A DNA stretch of 32,000 nt from contig JALOQF010000014.1 in the NCBI GenBank assembly GCA_025459425.1, positions 1 to 32,000 on the forward strand. The letters are read 5' to 3'. The stretch comes from Myxococcaceae bacterium. GTDB lineage: Bacteria; Myxococcota; Myxococcia; Myxococcales; Myxococcaceae. The position numbers and the translations under genes are program-made. Every line of letters starts with the position of its first letter. The first letter of the stretch is position 1. The notes under the pieces are model-generated. The model did no database searches. It was not told where the DNA came from and saw nothing but the letters and a program-made list of their open reading frames with translations. Positions 18,685 to 28,877 of the stretch are shown piece after piece.

Positions 18685-19830
18685 ATGGCCACCCCCGAAG
18701 ACGAACAGGTTCTGGACGAGCTGGCGACGTTGCTCGCGACGAATGGGCTGGGCGACTTCGTCTTCGGGCCCCTGCTGACGCCAGACCCGACGTTCTTCCC
18801 TGACGCGTGGCGCGGCGATCTGGCGAGCGCCGAGGCGATGCTCCGGCGCCTGCTGGCGTACGCGCGGCTCGGCTCGCTCCCCTTCGTGCTCTGGCGCTTC
18901 GATGATCCGCGCTGGCTCGAGGGCGAGCACGAGCGGGAAACGACACATCACGACGCCGCGGCCTTCTTCGACGGGGCGAACGAGTTCGGCACGTACCTCT
19001 TCGGCGTGCGGGCGGATCAATGGGACGACCCGATGTCGCTCGCGGGCGTGCTGGCGCACGAGACGGCGCATGCCTGGCGCTTCCGCCGTGACATCACCTC
19101 GAGCCACGAGGCCACCGAAGAACGGCTCACCGACCTCACCTCGGTCTTCCTCGGCTTCGGGGTGCTCGCGGCCGCGGTGGCGTATCGACATGCGCCGGAG
19201 CTGCAACGTCGAGGCTACCTGCCGCTCCACGTGGTGGCGTTCGCGCTGGGCGTGCAGTTGGTGGTTCGAGGAGACGAAGCCGAGTGGGCGCTCATCGACG
19301 ACGCGCTCGGAGCGGACGCCAGAGCCATCGTGCGAGACGTGCGGCGGCAGTGGGCTCCCAGGCGGGCCGAGCTGCTCTCACGATTGGGCCTGCCTGCCGA
19401 GACGACGTGGAAGCGCCCGGCGCCTCCGACGCTGCCGAAGCCCTGGAGCCCGCGCGTCGCGTCGGGTCGCGACGTGGTGTTCCGCGTGGCCGAGGCGCCG
19501 TGGTGGCCGGTCGCGACGGTGGCGGCGATCGTCTCGGGCGCGGTCGCGATGGCGAACCAGTCGTGGTGGCCGCTGCTGGGACTGGGGCTGACACCGGTCG
19601 CGGTCCTGCTGCGGAAAGACGTGTGCTCTGGGTGCAGGGCGCCGCTCGCCTCGTCGGCCAGTCGCTGCGCGGGGTGTGGTGGTGAGGTGAAGGGGCGCGT
19701 CCGCCGGCGCGCAGAGCACACCGCGGCCGAGCGCGCGTTCCTCGAGGCCGCAGAAGACACGCGTGCTGCCGAGGCGCGCGACGTGGTGAAGGACTTGCTC
19801 TCGAGGGCGCGGGACGACGACTCGAAGTAG
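18685..19830 (+). CDS. Putative membrane-associated gluzincin-like metallopeptidase with C-terminal zinc ribbon
   Basis: LAGVLAHETAHAWRF (HExxH) followed by EATEERLTDLTSVFLGFG (candidate third ligand), a hydrophobic segment, and CSGCRAPLASSASRCAGCGGEV. ATG 18685 inside ORF 18532..19830. Confidence 0.7.
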   Translation: MATPEDEQVLDELATLLATNGLGDFVFGPLLTPDPTFFPDAWRGDLASAEAMLRRLLAYARLGSLPFVLWRFDDPRWLEGEHERETTHHDAAAFFDGANEFGTYLFGVRADQWDDPMSLAGVLAHETAHAWRFRRDITSSHEATEERLTDLTSVFLGFGVLAAAVAYRHAPELQRRGYLPLHVVAFALGVQLVVRGDEAEWALIDDALGADARAIVRDVRRQWAPRRAELLSRLGLPAETTWKRPAPPTLPKPWSPRVASGRDVVFRVAEAPWWPVATVAAIVSGAVAMANQSWWPLLGLGLTPVAVLLRKDVCSGCRAPLASSASRCAGCGGEVKGRVRRRAEHTAAERAFLEAAEDTRAAEARDVVKDLLSRARDDDSK

Positions 19831-19842
19831 GCACTCGCCTGC

Positions 19843-20262
19843 ATGAACCCGGTTCCCTGCAGTCGCTGCGGCACCTTCATTCGCGAACGGCGCGAACTGC
19901 TCTACTCCGATGCAGGCGACCCGATGTGTCCGGAGTGCCGGCGGGCGATCGACGAGCCGCGCCGAAGGCAGCTGCGGAGCCGCACGCACCCGCTCGTCTG
20001 GCGTTCGCTCGGCGCGGCGTTCTGGTCGGTGGCCGGACTTCCCTTCTCGATCATCGTCCTTGGGGGCGCCGTGTGGGCGAGCATGCCGGCGCTCTCGACC
20101 GGCCTCGTCATCTTGAGCCGACTCAACGGCGACGCGGAGCTGCGGGCCGAAGTGGGCCCTCGACTTCGGCTCGTCCGAACGAGCGCCTGGGTGAGCGTCG
20201 TCCTGGGCGCGGTTGGTGGGTTCGCGACGCTCGCCAGGCTGGCGGTCTTGTTGGCCGGCTGA
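19843..20262 (+). CDS. Small zinc-ribbon membrane protein
   Basis: MNPVPCSRCGTFIRERRELLYSDAGDPMCPECRRAID followed by two hydrophobic segments; 12 bp after the previous gene. Confidence 0.75.
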   Translation: MNPVPCSRCGTFIRERRELLYSDAGDPMCPECRRAIDEPRRRQLRSRTHPLVWRSLGAAFWSVAGLPFSIIVLGGAVWASMPALSTGLVILSRLNGDAELRAEVGPRLRLVRTSAWVSVVLGAVGGFATLARLAVLLAG

Positions 20263-20327
20263 ACGCGAGCGCTCCCGCAGGCCGAGGTGGCGCACCAGCG
20301 ACTGGCGACTCCGGGTAGGCTTTTTAC

Positions 20328-22325
20328 ATGCTCCCGGTCCTCGTCCTCGGGCTGTGTCTCGCGGCACCTGACGGAGGCACCGACGCGCCGAAACGCCTCC
20401 GGGTGCTGATGCGCAACGCAGGCGAAGGCTTTCTGCCGCCGCAGGCCAACCCCGAGGCCCACGAGCTCGAGCTGCTCGAAGAGTTCGCCGCGCGTCACCA
20501 CCTCACACTCGAGCGCGTGGTCGTCGAGCGCTTCGACGAGCTCATTCCCGCGCTGCTCGCCAACCGCGGAGACGTCATCGCAGCCGGCCTCACCATCACG
20601 CCGGAGCGTCAGAAGCAGCTCGCCTTCACCCGCCCCACCGAGGTCGTCGACGAGCTGCTCGTCACGCGCGCCTCGGATGGCGGCGTGCCGCGCGCCGTGA
20701 AGGACCTCGCCGGCGCCACCATTCACGTCGCGGCCGGCAGCGCCTTCGTCGACTCCCTCGAGACGTTGAAGGCCCAGGGCGTGGCCTTCACCATCGCCAC
20801 CGAGTCGGGCTCCTTCCCGCCCGACCAGCTCGCCTTCGACGTCGCGCGCGGCACGAAGCGCTTCACCGTCATCGACAGCCGCCGCTTCGAGGCCATCAGC
20901 GAGTACACGAAGGGCCTCGTGGCGCCCTTCGCCATCGCGCGCGACCGACCGATTGCGCTGGCGCTCAGGCCGCAGGACACCGCGCTGCGCGCCCAGCTCG
21001 ACGCCTTCCTCATGGAGCGCGCCTTCCTCGACGACCTGGGGCCCGCCCTCGGCGACCTCGACGACATCAAGAAGCGCGGGCGGCTCCGGGTGCTGACCCG
21101 CAACAACGCCGTCACCTTCTACCTGTACAAGGGCGAGCGCCGCGGCTTCGACTGGGACCTCGCCAAGCTGCTCGCGAAGTCGCTCGGCGTGCGCCTCGAG
21201 GTCGTGCTCGCGCCGTCGTACGACGAGCTGATTCCGATGCTGAAGGCCGGCCAAGGCGACCTCATCGCGGCCTCGCTCACCGCCACGCCCGAGCGCGAGC
21301 GCGACGTCGCCTTCTCCACGCCATACCTCTTCGTGAAGGAGGTCCTCGTCGAGCGCGCGAGCCCCGACGGCGGCATCACCCGCCCCGAGCAGCTCCGCGG
21401 CCGCCGCGTCACCGTGCGCGCCTCGTCCTCGTACGCCGCCACCCTCGCCCCGCTCGCTGCCCAGCACGGCTTCACCATCGAACCCGCCGACGAAGACACC
21501 GAGGTCGAAGACCTCATCGCCGACGTCGCATCGGGCGCCATCGACCTCACCGTCGCCGACAGTCACTTCCTCGACGCGGAGCGGCTCACCCGCTCCGACG
21601 TGCGCGCCGCGCTCGCCCTCTCGGCCGACCGCCCCATCGCCTTCGCCGTCCGCCACGACAGCGTGAAGCTGCTCGCCGCCGTGAACGCGTTCGTCAAGAA
21701 GACGTACCGCGGGCTCGAGTACAACATGATCAAGAAGCGCAACTTCGAGAACCGCCAGTCGGCGCTCCTCGCGCGCACGCAGGACTCGGCGAAGACCGGC
21801 TCGCTCTCGCCGTACGACGGCATCATCAAGAAGTACTCGCGGCAGTACGGCTTCGACTGGCGCCTCATGTCGGCGCAGGCCTGGCGCGAGAGCCAGTTCA
21901 ACCCGAAGGCCACCTCGTTCGTCGGCGCGCGGGGGCTCTTCCAGGTGATGCCCGCGACCGGCCAGGAAATGGGCTTCACCCGCCTCTACGACGCTGACAC
22001 GGGCGCCCACGCGGGCATCAAGTACATGCACTGGCTGCTCAAGCGCTACGAGCCCTCGCTCCCGCTCAACGAGCGCGTTCGCTTCTCGCTGGCCGCGTAC
22101 AACGCCGGCTTCGGCCGGGTGGAAGACGCGCGGCGGCTGGCCGTGCTGCTCGGCCTCGACCCCGACGTCTGGGACGACAACGTCGAGAAGGCCATGGGGC
22201 TGCTCGCCCGCTCGAAGTACGCCCGCCTGGTGAAGGGCGGCTTCTGCCGCTGCCAGGAGCCCGTCGACTACGTGAACGTCATCGAGAACAAGTACGAGTC
22301 GTTCGCGCAGCTCGTGGAGGACTAG
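20328..22325 (+). CDS. MltF-like lytic transglycosylase with two tandem family-3 solute-binding domains
   Basis: Two homologous modules, LRVLMRNAGEGF...FDELIPALLANRGDVIAAGLTITPERQKQLAFTRP and LRVLTRNNAVTF...YDELIPMLKAGQGDLIAASLTATPERERDVAFSTP, then SLT domain AQAWRESQFNPKATSFVGARGLFQVMPATGQEMG. Confidence 0.92.
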   Translation: MLPVLVLGLCLAAPDGGTDAPKRLRVLMRNAGEGFLPPQANPEAHELELLEEFAARHHLTLERVVVERFDELIPALLANRGDVIAAGLTITPERQKQLAFTRPTEVVDELLVTRASDGGVPRAVKDLAGATIHVAAGSAFVDSLETLKAQGVAFTIATESGSFPPDQLAFDVARGTKRFTVIDSRRFEAISEYTKGLVAPFAIARDRPIALALRPQDTALRAQLDAFLMERAFLDDLGPALGDLDDIKKRGRLRVLTRNNAVTFYLYKGERRGFDWDLAKLLAKSLGVRLEVVLAPSYDELIPMLKAGQGDLIAASLTATPERERDVAFSTPYLFVKEVLVERASPDGGITRPEQLRGRRVTVRASSSYAATLAPLAAQHGFTIEPADEDTEVEDLIADVASGAIDLTVADSHFLDAERLTRSDVRAALALSADRPIAFAVRHDSVKLLAAVNAFVKKTYRGLEYNMIKKRNFENRQSALLARTQDSAKTGSLSPYDGIIKKYSRQYGFDWRLMSAQAWRESQFNPKATSFVGARGLFQVMPATGQEMGFTRLYDADTGAHAGIKYMHWLLKRYEPSLPLNERVRFSLAAYNAGFGRVEDARRLAVLLGLDPDVWDDNVEKAMGLLARSKYARLVKGGFCRCQEPVDYVNVIENKYESFAQLVED

Positions 22326-22382
22326 GTCACCGGTCCGTCACGCTGGGCGCTGATCACCGCCGGGGGCAGGTAAGCAGGCCGC

Positions 22383-23768
22383 ATGTCGACGCTCGACGCG
22401 ACGCTCACGCCAGACGTGCCTGCTGCCGACCCGTCGGCCCGACGGCGCATGCTGCCCGTGCTCTTCCTCGGCGTCTTCATGGCGGCCCTCGACGCCGCGG
22501 TGGTGGCGCCCGCGGTGCCCGCCCTCAAGGCAGCCTTCGGCCTCGACAACCGGCAGGTCGGCCTCGTCACCATCGTCTTCAGCCTCTGCTCGCTGAGCGC
22601 CACCGCGTTGATGGCCAACCTGTCGGACCGCTTCGGCCGGCGCACCATCTACCTGCTCGACATCGCCGGCTTCGCGCTCGGCTCGCTCGTCATCGCGCAG
22701 GCGAGCAGCTTCGGCGCGGTGCTGGTCGGTCGCGCCATTCAAGGCCTCTGCGCCGGTGGCATCACGCCCACCGCGAGCGCCGTCGTCGGTGACGCCTTCC
22801 CTCCAAAGGAGCGCGGCAAGGTGCTCGGCCTCATCGGCGCCACCTTCGGCATGGCCTTCCTCGTCGGGCCCCTGCTGGCGTCGGCGGTGCTGCTGGTGGC
22901 GAGCTGGCCGTGGATCTTCCTGCTCAACCTGCCGGTGGCCGCGCTCGTCTTCACCCTGGGCCTCAAGGCGCTGCCGGGGAAGACCGTGCGCTCCGGCCAG
23001 GCGCCCTTCGATGCGGCTGGCGTCGTGGTGCTGGCGACGACGCTCGCGTGCCTCATGCTGGGCATCAACCGCGCGCTCGACCTGCAGCTCGGGCGCACCC
23101 TGTGGCCGTACCTCCTGGGCGTCGCCGCGCTGGGCGTGCCGCTGCTCGTCCTCGTCGAGCGCCGGGCCGCGCAGCCCATCGTGCCGATGCGCCTCTTCAC
23201 CCGGCTCGCGCTGCAGCGCACGTGGCTGCTCTGCGTGGGCGCCGGGTTCGGCATGGGCAGCATCATCTTCATCTCGTCCATCGCCGTCGCGGCGTTCGGC
23301 GTCACGACGCAGAAGGCCGGCCTGCTCCTGATTCCCCTCGTGCTGGCGTCGGCCGGCGGGTCGATGGGCTTCGGGCGCGTGCAGCACCGGGTCGGCGCGC
23401 GCGTCGTGCTGCTCTCGGGCTTCGGAGCGCTCTTCCTCGGCGCGAGCCTGCTCGGCGGCCTGACGCCGACGTGGGTGAGCTTCTTCGTCTCGACGATGCT
23501 GGTGGGGCTCGGCGTGGGCATCGTGGTCGGCGGCACGCTGCGCACGATGGTGCTCGACGAGGTCGACGCGGCCGAGCGGAGCGCGGCGCAGGCGCTGGTG
23601 AACATCTTCATCGCCATCGGCAACCTGCTGGTGGTGGCGACGCTGAGCGTGGTGGCCGACGGCAGCGGTGGCGGCGCGGCGGGCCTGACGCGCGCGTACC
23701 TCGTCGCCGCAGCGGTGATGGCGGTGATGCTGGTGCTCTCGTCGACCATCCGTCGGCGGGCGGCGTGA
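22383..23768 (+). CDS. MFS transporter, multidrug efflux type
   Basis: MLPVLFLGVFMAALDAAVVAPAVPALKAAF...NRQVGLVTIVFSLCSLSATALMANLSDRFGRRTIYLLDIAGFALGS; about 12 TM segments. Confidence 0.92.
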   Translation: MSTLDATLTPDVPAADPSARRRMLPVLFLGVFMAALDAAVVAPAVPALKAAFGLDNRQVGLVTIVFSLCSLSATALMANLSDRFGRRTIYLLDIAGFALGSLVIAQASSFGAVLVGRAIQGLCAGGITPTASAVVGDAFPPKERGKVLGLIGATFGMAFLVGPLLASAVLLVASWPWIFLLNLPVAALVFTLGLKALPGKTVRSGQAPFDAAGVVVLATTLACLMLGINRALDLQLGRTLWPYLLGVAALGVPLLVLVERRAAQPIVPMRLFTRLALQRTWLLCVGAGFGMGSIIFISSIAVAAFGVTTQKAGLLLIPLVLASAGGSMGFGRVQHRVGARVVLLSGFGALFLGASLLGGLTPTWVSFFVSTMLVGLGVGIVVGGTLRTMVLDEVDAAERSAAQALVNIFIAIGNLLVVATLSVVADGSGGGAAGLTRAYLVAAAVMAVMLVLSSTIRRRAA

Positions 23769-24649
23769 CGTCGCTGGTGCGGCTGCCGTCAGGCGGAGCG
23801 CTCCACCTCGAAGGCCCCGCGCAGGCTGACCGCCCGGCGCTCCTGTTCCTGCACGGCGTCGGTGGTGCAGCCTGGTCGTGGGCCCCACAGCGCACGGCGT
23901 TCTCGTCGACCCACGCGTGCTTCACCTGGGAAGCGCGTGGGCACGGGCAGGCCGCTGCGTGCGACGACGCGGGCCTCGCCGACTACCACCTCGACGCCAG
24001 CGAGGCGCTCGGGTGGATTCTGGCCAACACGGCGCACGACGTGGTGCTCGTCGGCCACTCGATGGGCGGGCTGCTCGCGGTGGCGCTCGCGTGCGAGGTG
24101 CGCGCGCGCATCGCTGGCGTCTTCCTCGTCGACCCGGTCTACGCGGAGCGCGGTGACGGCGTTCCCCTGCCCTCGGTTCTCCTCGCGCCGCTCCGGGTGT
24201 TCTTTCGTGCGGTGGCCCGCTCGTTCCAGCGCGGCGGTTGGCTCGGGCGCGCCGTCGCCTGGCCCTTCTTCAAGTGGGCGTTCCTCGACGCGCGCGTGCG
24301 CGACGCGACGTGGCCGCTTCAGCTCGCGCAGCGGCCCATCGAGTACCCGCGCACGGTGCTCGAGGCGCTCGACGGCGTGAGGGGGTTTCCCTTTCGGCCC
24401 TTCGCCGACGAGCTCGACGTGCCGATGGTGCTGCTCGAGGCCGTGCAGAGGCCGAAGCAGAGGCGCCGCTTCGAGTCGGTGGTGACGCGCCTGCGCTCCC
24501 GGCTGGGCGAGCGCTTCCGCCACGAGGTGGTGCTGAGCGGCCACTACGTGCAGCTCGACCGGGCCGAGCTGACGACGTCACACCTCGAGGCCTTCGTCGC
24601 CAGCGCGCTCGTCCTCTTCCTCCTCGTAGCGGGGACACCGGGCGCATGA
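23765..24649 (+). CDS. Alpha/beta hydrolase
   Basis: GTG start overlapping the MFS stop (GTGA, 23765-23768). ALLFLHGVGGAAWSW, WEARGHGQ, VVLVGHSMGGLLAVALA, LSGHYVQLD. Confidence 0.85.
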   Translation: MTSLVRLPSGGALHLEGPAQADRPALLFLHGVGGAAWSWAPQRTAFSSTHACFTWEARGHGQAAACDDAGLADYHLDASEALGWILANTAHDVVLVGHSMGGLLAVALACEVRARIAGVFLVDPVYAERGDGVPLPSVLLAPLRVFFRAVARSFQRGGWLGRAVAWPFFKWAFLDARVRDATWPLQLAQRPIEYPRTVLEALDGVRGFPFRPFADELDVPMVLLEAVQRPKQRRRFESVVTRLRSRLGERFRHEVVLSGHYVQLDRAELTTSHLEAFVASALVLFLLVAGTPGA

Positions 24650-24835
24650 CGCCGCGAGGCACTCACAGCTGCAGGTGCCGTTCTTCAGCTTCGTACACGA
24701 CTCGTTGGGGTCGCATGACCGGCACTCCCCGTCCTCGAGCGAGTGCCGCTGGGTCGCCCCGGTCTGGGGAGCCTCGACGGTGCCGCACGCCAGCGCGAGG
24801 CTGAACAGAAAACACTTCAAGAATGACCGATGCAT
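24578..24835 (-). CDS. Small Cys-rich putative lipoprotein
   Basis: MHRSFLKCFLFSLALACGTVEAPQTG (lipobox LALAC), then GECRSCDPNESCTKLKNGTCSCECLAASCARCP and an acidic tail. Confidence 0.6.
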   Translation of the reverse strand: MHRSFLKCFLFSLALACGTVEAPQTGATQRHSLEDGECRSCDPNESCTKLKNGTCSCECLAASCARCPRYEEEEDERAGDEGLEV

Positions 24836-24945
24836 GCACACCTCGGGTGTTGGTGACGATGCAAAGACAGGGGCTGCGTTGGAACGGCGCATGGACCTGC
24901 GTCAGCAGCCGCTGCCCGGGGGAGTTGAGCCCGGGCGCACTTTTC

Positions 24946-24976
24946 GGCTGTGAACGTAATTCGCCGGTTCACGGCC
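24946..24976. promoter_or_regulatory. Stem-loop upstream of the OmpA/TSP3 gene
   Basis: GGCTGTGAAC-GTAATTCGCCG-GTTCACGGCC: 10-bp stem with one T-G wobble and an 11-nt loop, ending 29 nt before ATG 25006. Confidence 0.35.
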
Positions 24977-25005
24977 GGGGCCGCTGCCCCTAGACTTTGG
25001 CGTGG

Positions 25006-27680
<2,675 letters not shown>

Positions 27681-27684
<4 letters not shown>

Positions 27685-28877
27685 CCCGTTCCCTCCTGTT
27701 GCGCGCGCTCGTCGTGGTGAGCCTCGGCCTCGCGCCCGCTGCCCGGTCGGCGCCCGACGCGTGCGGCGGCGTGAAGCTCGAAGCCGGCGCGATTCGCCTC
27801 GGCAAGCCGCTCACCGACGCCTTCGTGAAGACGGCCGACGGGAAAGCCTGCCTCGGCGACGTGGTGAAGGAGGTCGAGCGCAACCGCCTCGTGCGCGCGG
27901 TGACGGTGGCCGCCATCGTGTCGGACGCGGAGCGCGCGAGCGGCAAGGGCCTCGACGCGGCGAAGGCCGTCGCGGCGGCGCTGGTGGACGCGGGCCTGCC
28001 GAAGAACCGCGTCTTCAGCCTCGCGCCCGCGCCGCAGCGCACCGACGTGCCCGGCCTGTCGCTGCGCTACGTCGAGCGCGCGCCGGAAGACGTCGTGGCC
28101 CGGGTGGCCGCCGCGGGCGGGAGCGTGTTCCTCGGCGCCGACGAGCGCGCCCTCAAGCCCGCCGAGCCCGGCATGCCGGTGCTGGTGAACGAGCTGGTGA
28201 AGACGGGCCCCAACGCGCGCGCCACCATCGCCATGAAGGACGGCAGCACCGTCGAGGTGAAGCCCGAGTCGACCATCAAGCTCGCCGTCATGCAGTTCCC
28301 CGCCGGTGGGGAGCGGCAGGTGAAGATCGAGATTCTGGGTGGCGGCATCGTGGCCGACGTGAAGAAGGCCACCCAGCTCGGCCGCTTCGAGGCCTCGACG
28401 CGCGTGGCGGTCGCCTCGGTGCGCGGCACGCAGTTCCGGCTCGGCGTCTCGGAAGACAGCGGCGCGCGCCTCGAGACCCTCGAGGGAGTCGTCGGCGTCG
28501 CGCCGGCGAACGACCCGTCGGCCACGCCGGTCGAGGTGAGCGCGGGCCAGGGCACGCTGGTGAGCGCCGAGGGCAAGGTCGAGCCGCCGAGCGCGCTCCC
28601 GGCCGAGCCCGTGCCCACCGCGCCGCTGAAGGGGGCGCTGGGGGCCGACGCGCGGCTCGACTGGCAGGCCGTCACCGGCGCCACCAGCTACCGCGTCGAG
28701 CTGGCGCGCGACCCCGACTTCCTCGTCGACGCGAAGAGCGCTTCGACCGAGGCCACCACGCTGTCGTGGCCCGAGGCGCTCGCGAAGGGCAAGTGGTTCT
28801 GGCGCGTCACCGCCGTCGACGCGAAGGGCTTCTCGGGCCCCTCGTCGAAGATCTACGCCTTCACGGTGGGCAAGTGA
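27681..28877 (+). CDS. FecR-domain protein, exported
   Basis: MTRSLLLRALVVVSLGLAPAARSA signal; FEASTRVAVASVRGTQFRLGVSEDSGARLETLEGVVGV (FecR core); C-terminal FN3-like LDWQAVTGATSYRVELARDPDF. ATGA overlap with the upstream stop. Confidence 0.88.

Noticed and set aside
19902-22031. 709-aa minus-strand ORF
   Set aside because: Antisense to the SBP-SLT gene; translation is His/Glu/Val/Ala-rich with no recognisable motif.
22338-23888. 516-aa minus-strand ORF opposite the MFS transporter
   Set aside because: Shadow ORF rich in Arg/His/Glu with no transmembrane or domain signal.
27761-28873. N-terminal 370 aa of the 1345-aa ORF 27761..31798 preceding the CHASE2-cyclase
   Set aside because: Out-of-frame read of the FecR gene; the real cyclase start is GTG 28874, overlapping the FecR stop.
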